This document shows, in pieces, positions 1-9,200 of a DNA stretch of 64,000 nucleotides. The stretch is from IMG/VR virus record IMGVR_UViG_3300033074_000304, positions 2,540 through 66,539 of that record; one strand, written 5' to 3'. The stretch's first letter is position 1, and every line of letters begins with the position of its first letter. The notes beneath the pieces are model-generated. The model had not been told where the DNA came from. It ran no database searches and worked only from the letters and a program-made list of their open reading frames with translations. A program made the position numbers and the translations under genes. Source of the stretch: a virus. Its lineage: Duplodnaviria; Caudoviricetes.

Positions 1-68
1 CCGAAACCCCTATGTGGTACTGCATTTAAGCTATTGCGATGTTACTGATCCTGCTCTAGACAATTCCA

Positions 69-97
69 ACGCTACACTACTTGGTTGTCATTGTCAA
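69..97 (-). promoter_or_regulatory. Leftward sigma70-type promoter with operator in the spacer (probably drives the antirepressor across the circle junction)
   Basis: Minus strand reads TTGACA (97-92), 17 bp, TAGCGT (74-69); the spacer contains CAACCAAGTAG, one mismatch from the genome-wide CAACCAAGTTG dyad. Confidence 0.6.
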
Positions 98-115
98 GCA
101 CCTAAGTTGTTGGGG

Positions 116-1252
116 CTATATCCTGAATTTCTTCATCTCTTCGGCCTTGAATGAATCCAGCAAATGTGTATATCTCTGCGTGATCCAAATCGAAGAGTGT
201 CCCGCGATGTCAGCAGCCAGCTGAATGTTCTTGGTGGCCATAATCAGATGCGTCAGGAAGCAATGACGGAGCTCGTGGTAGACAAACTCTCCTATCCCAG
301 CCCTCTTCACTGCTGAGTCGAACCCGATATTGCTACTCACCAGCATCGCCTCTGTGGGCTTTTTGGTTGATGGGAATACCCAACCACCTATGCTGACAGG
401 CCTGCTACTTCTCCAAGCCAGCAGTGCTGCCCTCAACGTATCCGACATAGGTATCTTGACGGTACGTCCTGCCTTTACCTCTCTGGTGATGACGTTGGAC
501 TTCCAGTCAATGTGTTCCCACCGTAGGCCCAGCACTCCCTCCTTCCGCAGACCGGTGTTCAGAGCTACCACTACCATGGTGTAGAGATGGGCAGGGGCCT
601 TCTTGTCAGAGCACGCTGCCAGCAACCGCTGGATTTCCTCTGAGGTCAGACACCGTTCTCTGGTCTTCGGTTCGGGCAGCTTCGGGTAGCCCTCCATCAG
701 GTTCTTGATGATCACCCTCTTGCGTACCATGATCGTAAGGAGTCTGCTTAGGGCTGTCAACTCCCGGTTAATGGTTGCAGGCTGAGGCTTCGGGACGGTG
801 GACAAACGGTGTCTAACGTACTCATCAACCTCAAGGTGGTCAATCCTGCTGATGTTGATATTACCCAAGAATGGCAGCACGTTGGTCTTCAGGGCCGACA
901 GATACCTGAACGCGGTCTTCTCGTCCAGACGCTTACTCTCAACTTGTTCCTGACACCATAGTTGGAATGTCTCGACTGCCTCCCTGAGTGTCTTGCTGGA
1001 CGCTTTAACGACCAGCTCGCCAGATGACGCCTTCAGCACCAGTGTTGCCTCTCTTGCGGCTGCCTCGGCTTTTGAGACAGATACCGACTCTACGTGTTTC
1101 CGACCGTCGATATAAACCGCCACTGACCACTTCTTGCTGTACCTCGTGGCCATAAAACCACATGCTGGACACTGCTCTCCTTTTGGTTTTTCAGTCTGGA
1201 CCTGCCGCGACTTTTGACAGTTTTGACAGGTCAGCGTTTTGAAGATTGCCAT
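116..1252 (-). CDS. int: Tyrosine recombinase (phage integrase) with N-terminal Zn-ribbon
   Basis: TGLRKEG (Arg), HELRH (HxxR), AGHSS, RYTH (Tyr) catalytic motifs; N-terminal CQNC...CPAC. Confidence 0.93.
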   Translation of the reverse strand: MAIFKTLTCQNCQKSRQVQTEKPKGEQCPACGFMATRYSKKWSVAVYIDGRKHVESVSVSKAEAAAREATLVLKASSGELVVKASSKTLREAVETFQLWCQEQVESKRLDEKTAFRYLSALKTNVLPFLGNINISRIDHLEVDEYVRHRLSTVPKPQPATINRELTALSRLLTIMVRKRVIIKNLMEGYPKLPEPKTRERCLTSEEIQRLLAACSDKKAPAHLYTMVVVALNTGLRKEGVLGLRWEHIDWKSNVITREVKAGRTVKIPMSDTLRAALLAWRSSRPVSIGGWVFPSTKKPTEAMLVSSNIGFDSAVKRAGIGEFVYHELRHCFLTHLIMATKNIQLAADIAGHSSIWITQRYTHLLDSFKAEEMKKFRI

Positions 1253-1253
1253 A

Positions 1254-1736
1254 TCAGTTCCTCCTTAATGGGATCGTGTGCTTCTCTACATTCACCCTGA
1301 CACTCTTGCCTACCAGCTCAATAAGACCTGCCACTACTTCAGAGGCGCTTGGTTCTGCTTTGACTATGGCCCGGTACGCTTCAACCAGTCCTTGTTCCTG
1401 AATGGTATACTCAATGTTGGTGTCCCCGATCAGCGTGACAAGGTCCGTGTCATCAGTGTACTCAGTCAGAATGTGCTTGATCTCGTTGGCCGTGTAGTTC
1501 AGGTACTTCAGCACTACTGCCAAGGTGCTCACCTCAAGCACTTTGTGGTCACACTCATTGAATGCTCTGCGAAGAGTCTCTACTGAATAAGGAACCTTGC
1601 TCTTGGCCCCGAAGTCTCTTATGCTGGCATACCCCTCATCTTCAAGTCTTCTGCTCAACTTCTTCTTCAGCTCTACGGTTCTGGCATCGGTGTCCGGGGC
1701 TAGAGCCCATGTTGCACTTCTCTTTTTCATTGCCAT
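1254..1736 (-). CDS. Putative immunity repressor (HTH-like, no recognisable S24 autocleavage domain)
   Basis: Adjacent to int and divergent from the early operon; helix-turn-helix-like segment SIRDFGAKSKVPYSVETLRRAF; start placed at ATG 1736 behind a G-rich SD. Confidence 0.55.
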   Translation of the reverse strand: MAMKKRSATWALAPDTDARTVELKKKLSRRLEDEGYASIRDFGAKSKVPYSVETLRRAFNECDHKVLEVSTLAVVLKYLNYTANEIKHILTEYTDDTDLVTLIGDTNIEYTIQEQGLVEAYRAIVKAEPSASEVVAGLIELVGKSVRVNVEKHTIPLRRN

Positions 1737-1881
1737 GGTAATTACCCCCCCCATTGATTTGTACTACGGTATGACAGATGTACACCTTTTGCTTCTATTT
1801 GTCAACTACTGTCTTACATTGTCAGACAATAGCAACCCAGATGCTTGACAAGTCAGTTCGGCTATGCTAAACATTTTTTAC

Positions 1882-1892
1882 CAACTGAGTTG
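1882..1892. promoter_or_regulatory. Operator-like dyad CAACTGAGTTG in the divergent repressor/early intergenic region
   Basis: Perfect CAAC-N3-GTTG; the same dyad recurs at other promoters. Confidence 0.6.
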
Positions 1893-1935
1893 TTTGTTTG
1901 TGACAACCATTTTGTGAGGTTAGAAAGGATTTAAT

Positions 1936-2088
1936 ATGGGGGACCGCAGAAGGGTTACTGTAGGGCTCAGCGCAAAGCTTGCAGACAGGCTTGAGGCTGA
2001 GATCGGCAAGAGTGGGCTGAGTATTAGTGAGATCATCAAGACTGCACTTGATGAGTACCTGACCAACAAGGAGGTTTGCAATGGATGA
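1936..2088 (+). CDS. Ribbon-helix-helix DNA-binding protein (Cro-position regulator), 50 aa, not in ORF track
   Basis: MGDRRRVTVGLSAKLADRLEAEIGKSGLSISEIIKTALDEYL fits the CopG/Arc pattern; SD AAAGGA upstream. Confidence 0.75.
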   Translation: MGDRRRVTVGLSAKLADRLEAEIGKSGLSISEIIKTALDEYLTNKEVCNG

Positions 2089-2230
2089 CTGGGGCTTTTT
2101 GGATGCGATGGATGACGAGAACTTGGCGGGGCTGATGAAGAGCAAGATGGCTCTGGCAAGGGAGGCATCAGCCTGTGCTGAAGAGTGCTTGGCCAGATTG
2201 ATGAAACGCGCCGGGGGTGAAGATGCGTAA
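2081..2230 (+). CDS. Small hypothetical protein (49 aa)
   Basis: SD AAGGAGG, overlaps the previous stop and next start. Confidence 0.5.
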   Translation: MDDWGFLDAMDDENLAGLMKSKMALAREASACAEECLARLMKRAGGEDA

Positions 2231-3176
2231 ACTCTACGGAGCCAATGTACTCATGTCCACCAATGGCATGAGCGAGGAGGAGTGGGTACAACATAGGCGT
2301 GCAGGCATCGGTGGCTCCGATCTGGGAGGCATCCTTGGGGTGTCTCCTTACTCAAGCCCGCTGTCTATATGGCTGGCAAAGGTCGAAGGCTACCAGAAAC
2401 CTGTTGGCAGGGCAGCTCACAGGGGCCGCATGTGTGAGGCGTGGATAAGTGACGAAGCGGCCAAGCGCAATGGGTGGAAGGTAAAGAGAGTCAACGCCAT
2501 CCTTCAACACCCTGAGCACCACTGGATGCTGGCCAACATCGACAGGATTATCGTGGCACCCGAGCTGGCTATTTCAGAGATCAAGATGATCAACTCCACC
2601 AGCCGGGAAAAGATGGTGTTGGAGAGTGGGGTGCTGCCTGAGCACGAATTGCAATGCAGATGGTATATGGCCGTGCTTGATATAGGCAAGTGCTACATTA
2701 CCTACGATCTGCCCAACAACGACCCTATTGACATTCTGATTACCAGAGACCTTGAGTTTGAGGAACACGCCATCTCTGCCTGCCGGAACTTCTGGGAACT
2801 TGTGGAGAGCAACCAGCCACCAGCCCTTGATGGGTCAGAGGACGCAGGGGAATGGTTGAAGCGCAGGTTCAACAACCCCACCGAAGGGCATGTTGATCTG
2901 CCAACAGAGGCCGCATTCTTGGCTCTGCAGTATCAGTCGGCACACAACACAATCAGGGAGGCAGAAACAACCAAGGAGTTGGCCAAACAAAAGCTAGAGG
3001 TTATGCTGGGCAACAAGACATGGGGCCGGGTAGACGGGTACGAGATCAGCTGGAAGCCGCTTACCACCAACAGATTGGACACAGACAGGCTGAAGAAAGA
3101 GCGGCCTGATCTGGTGAAAGAGTACACAAAACCAACCGAGAGCCGCAGGTTCTCAATCAAGGAGATCAAGGCATGA
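2217..3176 (+). CDS. YqaJ-like viral recombinase exonuclease
   Basis: RRAGIGGSD, MLANIDR, EIK and Q..WYM motifs of the YqaJ/lambda-exo family; upstream of RecT. Confidence 0.92.
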   Translation: MKMRKLYGANVLMSTNGMSEEEWVQHRRAGIGGSDLGGILGVSPYSSPLSIWLAKVEGYQKPVGRAAHRGRMCEAWISDEAAKRNGWKVKRVNAILQHPEHHWMLANIDRIIVAPELAISEIKMINSTSREKMVLESGVLPEHELQCRWYMAVLDIGKCYITYDLPNNDPIDILITRDLEFEEHAISACRNFWELVESNQPPALDGSEDAGEWLKRRFNNPTEGHVDLPTEAAFLALQYQSAHNTIREAETTKELAKQKLEVMLGNKTWGRVDGYEISWKPLTTNRLDTDRLKKERPDLVKEYTKPTESRRFSIKEIKA

Positions 3177-3481
3177 AGATACTGCTACACGACGGAAGAG
3201 AGCCAGTGCTGCTCAGATACGAATACCCATCCTTTGAACTCTGCTGGAAGAAGCAGACCAAGGACAAGGTTACCGGAGAAGTAACCGACGGGTGGGCACC
3301 GCAGCTGTACTTTGTATCACCGGCCCAAGCCCTGAGCAGGCTGCTTACCATGAAGGTGGGCAACTCTGACACAGCTACCCTGAAGGAGTTGAAGGCAGCG
3401 ATAGAGAAAGCAAGTCTGGAGATCATGGAAGCGTACAGCACGCAAATCACCGAGGAGGAGTTAAAGAATGTCAAACCTTAA
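3173..3481 (+). CDS. Hypothetical protein
   Basis: Translationally coupled ORF in the operon. Confidence 0.6.
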   Translation: MKILLHDGREPVLLRYEYPSFELCWKKQTKDKVTGEVTDGWAPQLYFVSPAQALSRLLTMKVGNSDTATLKELKAAIEKASLEIMEAYSTQITEEELKNVKP

Positions 3482-4349
3482 AGACAAAGTAGTGCAGAAG
3501 GCGGTAGCAGCCAAGCCACAGACCATTGGGGACAAGCTCAACCTGATGGCACCACAGTTCAACAAGATCATGCCGGGGTTTCTGCGCAAGATTGGAGGGG
3601 CAGAGGCTCTGGGGCGTATAGCTCTCAATGAAGTGCGCCGCCAACCGCGTCTGGCTCAGTGCAGCTGGGAATCTCTGGCCGGGGCCCTGATGACCTGTGC
3701 CCAGACCGGGCTGCTTCCGGGCCCACAGCGTCACTGCTACCTGATCCCTTATGGCCAAGAGGTGCAGTTCCAATTTGATTACCGCGGTATGATAGAATTA
3801 GTCCGTCGTTCCGGGGAGTTAGCAACGATCATGGCCACAGCTGTGTATGAGGGTGACGACTGCGAAATTGATATCGGCGCGTGCCATGTTCGCCACCCTT
3901 ACAACGAGAAGGTGGACAAGAGCGACCCTACAAAGATCAGGTTCGTCTACGCCAAGGCAGTGATGAAGGACGGGTCAGTTGCCCTTGAGGTTATGAACCG
4001 GGCGGAGATCGACGCTATCCGTAAACGCTCACAGGCGTCATCAAAAGGCCGACAGTCACCGTGGGATACCGATTGGGAGATGATGGCACGCAAGACCGTG
4101 CTCAAGCGCCTTTGTACCAAAGGGCAGCTCCCACTATCACTTGAGATGCAGAAGTTCGTCCAAGCTGACGAGTCTGTCCGTAGATCAGTCGATGCCGAGC
4201 CCGTCAATGCCCTTGAGTTGCCGCCTATTGCAATCATCCCGTCTACCGATGGTGTGTCGGTAGATGAGTCGGGATGGAAGCAGACCGAGATGATCCAGAC
4301 TGAAGAGCCTGCTACAGACATATTCGGTGAAGAGGTGGCGAATGGCTAA
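3468..4349 (+). CDS. recT: RecT-family single-strand annealing protein
   Basis: CAQTGLLPG..HCYLIPY, QFDYRGMIELVRRSG, SPWDTDWEMMARKTVLKRL. Confidence 0.93.
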   Translation: MSNLKDKVVQKAVAAKPQTIGDKLNLMAPQFNKIMPGFLRKIGGAEALGRIALNEVRRQPRLAQCSWESLAGALMTCAQTGLLPGPQRHCYLIPYGQEVQFQFDYRGMIELVRRSGELATIMATAVYEGDDCEIDIGACHVRHPYNEKVDKSDPTKIRFVYAKAVMKDGSVALEVMNRAEIDAIRKRSQASSKGRQSPWDTDWEMMARKTVLKRLCTKGQLPLSLEMQKFVQADESVRRSVDAEPVNALELPPIAIIPSTDGVSVDESGWKQTEMIQTEEPATDIFGEEVANG

Positions 4350-4746
4350 GAAGAAGGGTAACCAGCTCTACTGCAAGTTCCAGCTACTGACGGAGCCTGA
4401 GCTAAAGTCGTTCGGCCCCAAACAACGGGTCAAGTTCCTATGGCTCTTCGTGAACGAGAAGGGCGACACCAAGAAAGAGAAGGTGTGGGTTACCTTTTAT
4501 GCGTGGGATAAGTTGGCGATGCACATCGTCAACAACTACCACAAGGGTGACTGGATCACCGTAGACCGGGCGTCGCCAAAGGTTGACATCATCAAGCGCG
4601 GTGACCAAGAGAGCACAGTATTGGCTTGGAACGTCTGGGCCCTTGATGAGCAGCAGGACGTACCTGAAATACCCCAGACGGTTGACGATGACTGTGAGCT
4701 GGGCGAGACCGTGCTGCTGGAGGATGAAGATGACATGCCCTACTGA
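4342..4746 (+). CDS. SSB-like OB-fold protein
   Basis: WVTFYAWDKLA..IVNNYHKGDWITV, acidic C-terminal tail ending DDMPY; position after RecT. Confidence 0.7.
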   Translation: MAKKKGNQLYCKFQLLTEPELKSFGPKQRVKFLWLFVNEKGDTKKEKVWVTFYAWDKLAMHIVNNYHKGDWITVDRASPKVDIIKRGDQESTVLAWNVWALDEQQDVPEIPQTVDDDCELGETVLLEDEDDMPY

Positions 4747-5365
4747 TCACACATGCTCAGATGGCAGGCCACTGAAGTACGAGGAGGGAAAGCCAAAGGT
4801 TGGGTTAGTACCTCCGCAGTTGGCCAGAGACCTTGCCCGTGTTTATGAGTACGGGTTGACCAAATACGAGAGAGACAGCTGGAAGAAGTTCACTCTTGAG
4901 GGGGCCAGAGAACTGATCAACCCCAGTATCAGGCACGCTGATGAATACCGGGATGGTCGGTACGTTGACGACGAGTCCCAGTGCTACCACCTGATGCAGG
5001 CTATCTGGAACTTGTTCACAATACACTGGCATGAACTTGACAAGAACCCGGAATATCGGAGGCAATATGAGGAATTACGTTTTAGCAGGCTTGAGCCTGT
5101 TGCTGGTTGTGGCGGGGATGACGCTGGATTACCGGATGAACCTCCCTGTGGAAGAGGACCCGACAATGCCTGCGCTGACGGGTGCGTCCGCTGCTACGAT
5201 GACACCCCAACAGGAGAGGCTTTCAGAGTTCTTTACGAAGCATGGGAGTCCAGCACCAAAAGAGATGGCAATAGCAATCAGCCACGTAAAGCCGAAGAAC
5301 AGGGCGGTGCTCGCAGCTGTGGCGGTCGTAGAGAGCAACGGGGACCATCGTTCTATCGGAGATAA
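4730..5365 (+). CDS. dATP/dGTP diphosphohydrolase (DUF5664-like)
   Basis: KYEEGKPKVGLVP, VYEYGLTKYERDSW, RH, DDESQCYHLMQAIWN; start reassigned to ATG 4730. Confidence 0.8.
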   Translation: MTCPTDHTCSDGRPLKYEEGKPKVGLVPPQLARDLARVYEYGLTKYERDSWKKFTLEGARELINPSIRHADEYRDGRYVDDESQCYHLMQAIWNLFTIHWHELDKNPEYRRQYEELRFSRLEPVAGCGGDDAGLPDEPPCGRGPDNACADGCVRCYDDTPTGEAFRVLYEAWESSTKRDGNSNQPRKAEEQGGARSCGGRREQRGPSFYRR

Positions 5366-5636
5366 TGGGGACAGCAGAGGAGCTTGGCAAGTGCAGCCCA
5401 AGCATTGGGGTAGAGTCCCAGATGACGCTACTGGGCAGGCGTTGCAGGCAGAGCGCATCCTTGAGGAACTGGTGGCTTCTACGCCACGGGGGAACCTTTT
5501 ACACGCCTTATCAGCTTACAATACTGGAAGCTATCACAAACGAGTTGGGCATAGATACGCAAGACAGGTCATCAATTTAAAAAGGAGATTGGCATTATGG
5601 CACGAGACGCACGAGGCAGGTTTATCGCGGATGTAG
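5067..5636 (+). CDS. Lytic transglycosylase (SLT-like) with N-terminal membrane anchor
   Basis: Hydrophobic N-terminus, VVESNG (catalytic Glu), GAWQV, ALSAYNTG; SD GGAGG before ATG 5067. Confidence 0.8.
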   Translation: MRNYVLAGLSLLLVVAGMTLDYRMNLPVEEDPTMPALTGASAATMTPQQERLSEFFTKHGSPAPKEMAIAISHVKPKNRAVLAAVAVVESNGDHRSIGDNGDSRGAWQVQPKHWGRVPDDATGQALQAERILEELVASTPRGNLLHALSAYNTGSYHKRVGHRYARQVINLKRRLALWHETHEAGLSRM

Positions 5637-5893
5637 AGACAGTGGAGTTTACAGATGGCCAGTGTGTGACGCTGGCCGGGTCGCTGGGGGTTGTCCTCCT
5701 TATGACATTTGAGCGCAACTTCAAGCCAATGAAGAATGGCTCCCCACACCTGATCGCACGCAAGATTAAGGCCGTCAAGGAAGCCGTGCTGGACCTGTAC
5801 AAGTCCACAGGAGAGCCGATTGACGACAAATACGCAGAGCTGACCTGCAAAGTCTGGGACGAGACCATGATCAAGCTGAGCAAAGGAGCGTAG
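5597..5893 (+). CDS. Hypothetical protein
   Basis: ORF in the operon with SD AAGGAG. Confidence 0.6.
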   Translation: MARDARGRFIADVETVEFTDGQCVTLAGSLGVVLLMTFERNFKPMKNGSPHLIARKIKAVKEAVLDLYKSTGEPIDDKYAELTCKVWDETMIKLSKGA

Positions 5894-5894
5894 C

Positions 5895-6320
5895 ATGGCA
5901 GAGCGCAAAACAGAGCGTAGGTTGGAAGCCAAATACCCGAAGACATGCGTGATATGCGGGATTGACTTTATGGCCAAATACTCGCACTCGAAGGCGTGCT
6001 CTGCAAAGTGTAGCAACGCACTCCACTACAGGCAAAAAGAGATACTGAGCAGGGCCAATTATGGGGTGTATATCAAGCCAGGGCCGGTTCAAAAGAAACA
6101 ATCCTACACCAGCCCCACCAGTGACGCTGAGCAGCTTGCTCTGAACAGGTTGATAGATAGCAAGAGGTTCGATAGACCAGACCCCGGTCGCTCGTACAAA
6201 CCGGGTGACCCTGACTTTGACCGGCTGGTCAAGGAGATCACCCCTCTCAACAGGATCGACAACGTGGCCGGTATCAGCACCCCTACTTTCCGGGCGTTGC
6301 ATGAGGTTTGCAAGCGTTGA
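5895..6320 (+). CDS. Hypothetical Zn-binding protein
   Basis: CVICG...ACSAKC. Confidence 0.6.
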   Translation: MAERKTERRLEAKYPKTCVICGIDFMAKYSHSKACSAKCSNALHYRQKEILSRANYGVYIKPGPVQKKQSYTSPTSDAEQLALNRLIDSKRFDRPDPGRSYKPGDPDFDRLVKEITPLNRIDNVAGISTPTFRALHEVCKR

Positions 6321-6345
6321 CATCCAAGTTGGTTGGTGGTAGCAT
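6317..6345 (+). promoter_or_regulatory. Sigma70-type promoter upstream of the replication genes, with operator-like sites in the spacer
   Basis: TTGACA-17 bp-TAGCAT; the spacer overlaps CATCCAAGTTG and CAAGTTGGTTG. Confidence 0.65.
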
Positions 6346-6651
6346 CCAATTAGCTCTTTAACCTGAAGCGTCTTTGGGGGACGTGGAGGGTACATATAAC
6401 GCTGTGTCAGATCAGCAACGCTTTCAAGTGCAAACCAAGGAGCCCCAACTCCTTTGCACGACCGGCCCCTTTAGAGTATCTGACCTCTACTGGGGCCATT
6501 CCTTTTCTCTGGAGATACTATGCCGTTATTTTGGATTGAGGCGATGATCGCTTACCGGAAACACCTTGAGAGCAAGATAGAGTTGACCCGCATGGAAGAG
6601 CTGGACTTGGACTACCTTAACGACAGACTACACCCATAAAGGTGACACCAC

Positions 6652-7452
6652 ATGTGTATTCCTTTTGTAAAAATAGCGCGAGACCTGCAGGACCACCCAT
6701 TATGGAAAGAGAAACCATTCAGCAGGGGGCAGGCGTGGATTGATCTTATTTTGATGGCCAGCTACAAAGATGGGGCGATACGGAGACGTGGAATCAAGGT
6801 AAAAGTCCTTCGTGGAGAAATAGGTTACTCATTACGGGAGCTTGCAGAAAAATGGGGTTGGTCACTAGGCAAAGTACAGCGATACATAGACGAGTTAAAA
6901 AGCGATAAGCAAATAGATACAAGAACCGATACGGAGGGCGTAAACGTAACTACCGTACTTTGCTTGGTTAATTACGAAAAGTTCCAAAGCAATGGTACGG
7001 AGAACGATACGGAGAACGATACGGAGAAGAAGCAAAAGGTGATACGGAAACGATACGGAAACGATACGGAGACGGGTACAGATAAAGAAGTTAAAGAAGT
7101 TAAAGAAAGAAAAGAAGAAACCATGTCCGCAGATTTGTTTGAAGAATTTTGGGGATGCCTGCCGAGCAGGGCGAAGAGGTGTGGCAAGGCTGGTGCCAAA
7201 AAATCTTGGGACAAGCATGTCAACGGCAACGCTGCCGAAGTTATAAGTTCAGTCAGGTCGCACATGCAAAGTGCAGACTGGGTCAAGGAAAACGGTAAGT
7301 TCATACCGATGATAACCTCTTGGATCAACCAGCATAGATGGACAGCCCCTGCAGAGAGTCTCGATATCAGTCGCGCCTCAGCCGCTTGTACTGCGCCATA
7401 CTCCCAGTCAGACATCAACACAGCCCTCAGGGCTCGCAAGGTGGTTATATGA
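6652..7452 (+). CDS. Phage replication initiator (lambda O/DnaD-like, winged-HTH N-terminus)
   Basis: GQAWIDLILMA..RG...SLRELAEKWGWS N-terminal motif; FEEFW..LP..K..GKAGAKKSW...FIP..SWINQHRW C-terminal motif; internal iterons. Confidence 0.85.
   Translation: MCIPFVKIARDLQDHPLWKEKPFSRGQAWIDLILMASYKDGAIRRRGIKVKVLRGEIGYSLRELAEKWGWSLGKVQRYIDELKSDKQIDTRTDTEGVNVTTVLCLVNYEKFQSNGTENDTENDTEKKQKVIRKRYGNDTETGTDKEVKEVKERKEETMSADLFEEFWGCLPSRAKRCGKAGAKKSWDKHVNGNAAEVISSVRSHMQSADWVKENGKFIPMITSWINQHRWTAPAESLDISRASAACTAPYSQSDINTALRARKVVI
6995..7072 (+). repeat. Iteron-like direct repeats (putative replication origin inside the initiator gene)
   Basis: TACGGAGAA x3 at a 12-bp period, then GATACGGA x3 at an 11-bp period, followed by the A-rich AAAGAAGTT repeat. 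Confidence 0.75.
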
Positions 7453-9188
7453 AGTCATGGTCAGATGTAGGCATATCAGTTCCAGATTCAGCTGCAGGGG
7501 AATATTACACCACCTGCCCCAAGTGCAGCCCGACCCGCAAGAACAGCAAAGCCAAGTGTTTGTCAGCCAATATTACAGAAGGGGTGTGGTTTTGCCATCA
7601 CTGCAGCTGGTCAGGGTCACTCAAAAAAGGTGAGTGGTCTAAGGCCGAGGTTAAGCGCGAGTGGACAAGGCCGACATACATCCCTCCGCAGACAGCTGAC
7701 GATAAGCTGATGGTTTGGTTTCATAGAAGGGGTATACCTTCGAGGGTAGTAGCCAGAAACAAAATCAAGGCTACAGAAGTCTTTATGCCGCAGGCTGGCA
7801 CAAAGGTGTTGGCAATAGCCTTCCCTTATTTCAGGGGTGGTGAGTGTCTTAATGTGAAGTACCGAGACTACGACAAAAACTTCCGCATGGAGGCTAACGC
7901 TGAACAAACTTTCTACGGGCTTGATGACATACTCCCGAATATGGTCGTGGTAGTAGAGGGAGAGATGGATAAGCTGGCCGTAGAGGCCGCTGGCATCACG
8001 TCGTGCATATCCGTCCCAGCCGGAGCTCCTAACGCTGATAGCAAGGAATACAGCAGCAAGTTTGACTTTCTGGAAAACAGTATGGACCAGATTGCTGACG
8101 TAAAGTGCTTTGTGTTGGCTACAGACGCAGACCCTAACGGCAGGAGGCTGGAGGATGAGCTGGGCCGCAGGTTGGGCAAGCACAGATGCAAGCGCGTGGT
8201 GTGGCCGGACGGCTGCAAAGACGCCAATGATGTGCTGCTGAGGCATGGGCCAGAAGTGCTTCAGTCGTGTATCATGGATGCCCGCCACTTCCCTATTGAC
8301 GGCGTGTTTACAGTAGAGGACTTCGCACAAGACATAGACGATTTATATGCCAAGGGTTTCCAACGCGGGGACTTGCTTGGCTACCAGGTCCTTGACGAGT
8401 TGTACTCGGTGGTCCCAGGCGAGCTTACTGTGGTTACGGGTATACCCAACCACGGCAAGTCAGAGTTTCTGGATCAAATGCTCGTAAAGCTGGTGATGCA
8501 GCACGGATACCGTATCGGGATATTTAGCCCTGAGAACCAGCCGCTGGCATACCATTTCTACAAGCTGGCGGAAAAGTATATCGGCAAGCCTGGGTTCGGT
8601 CGGGGCAGATTCACTCAGGCCGAGATGGCCAAAGCCAAGACCTGGTGCAAGGACCATTTCAGGTTTGTGCTGCCGAAGCCCGAAGACAGGACTGTTGAGA
8701 AGGTGCTGGGAGTAGCGGCAGAAGTGGTGTTAAGGGACGGGATTAAGGGACTGGTGCTGGACCCGTGGAATGAGTTCGAGCATAACAGGGCCAACGGGAT
8801 GTCAGAGCACGAGTACATAGGGTGGGCTCTGATGCGGGTCAAAGAATTTGCCAGGGCGTATGGGGTGCATGTCTGGGTCGTAGCCCACCCGACCAAGATG
8901 TTGAGGGACGTCCAGCTAAAAAAGGACTCTGGTATTGATGCCTACTTGATACCCAAGGCGTATGACATCAGTGGGTCTTCCAACTGGAATAATAAGCCAG
9001 AGGTAGTCATGGCCGTGTATCGGTGGTTCGACGGGCCACTAGAGGGTGCCGTTGAGGTACACATCCAAAAGTGCAGGTTTAAGGGCACTGGCAAACCAGG
9101 GATGTCTGTATTTAGGTACGATAAGGATACTGGCAGGTACACCGAGATTGATCCAACACCGCCGTCTACCGAAGAGGACCCGTACTAA
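7449..9188 (+). CDS. Bifunctional primase-helicase (T7 gp4/Twinkle-like)
   Basis: Zn-binding CPKC...CHHC, TOPRIM VEGEMD and ATDAD, Walker A TGIPNHGKS, LDPWN, VVAHPTK, QKCRF. Confidence 0.92.
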   Translation: MKSWSDVGISVPDSAAGEYYTTCPKCSPTRKNSKAKCLSANITEGVWFCHHCSWSGSLKKGEWSKAEVKREWTRPTYIPPQTADDKLMVWFHRRGIPSRVVARNKIKATEVFMPQAGTKVLAIAFPYFRGGECLNVKYRDYDKNFRMEANAEQTFYGLDDILPNMVVVVEGEMDKLAVEAAGITSCISVPAGAPNADSKEYSSKFDFLENSMDQIADVKCFVLATDADPNGRRLEDELGRRLGKHRCKRVVWPDGCKDANDVLLRHGPEVLQSCIMDARHFPIDGVFTVEDFAQDIDDLYAKGFQRGDLLGYQVLDELYSVVPGELTVVTGIPNHGKSEFLDQMLVKLVMQHGYRIGIFSPENQPLAYHFYKLAEKYIGKPGFGRGRFTQAEMAKAKTWCKDHFRFVLPKPEDRTVEKVLGVAAEVVLRDGIKGLVLDPWNEFEHNRANGMSEHEYIGWALMRVKEFARAYGVHVWVVAHPTKMLRDVQLKKDSGIDAYLIPKAYDISGSSNWNNKPEVVMAVYRWFDGPLEGAVEVHIQKCRFKGTGKPGMSVFRYDKDTGRYTEIDPTPPSTEEDPY

Positions 9189-9200
9189 AGGAGACAACCA

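Noticed and set aside
1754-1870. Exact divergent promoters for the repressor and the early operon
   Set aside because: TTGACA boxes exist on both strands (1800-1805, 1845-1850) but no -10 box at 16-18 bp was convincing enough to call
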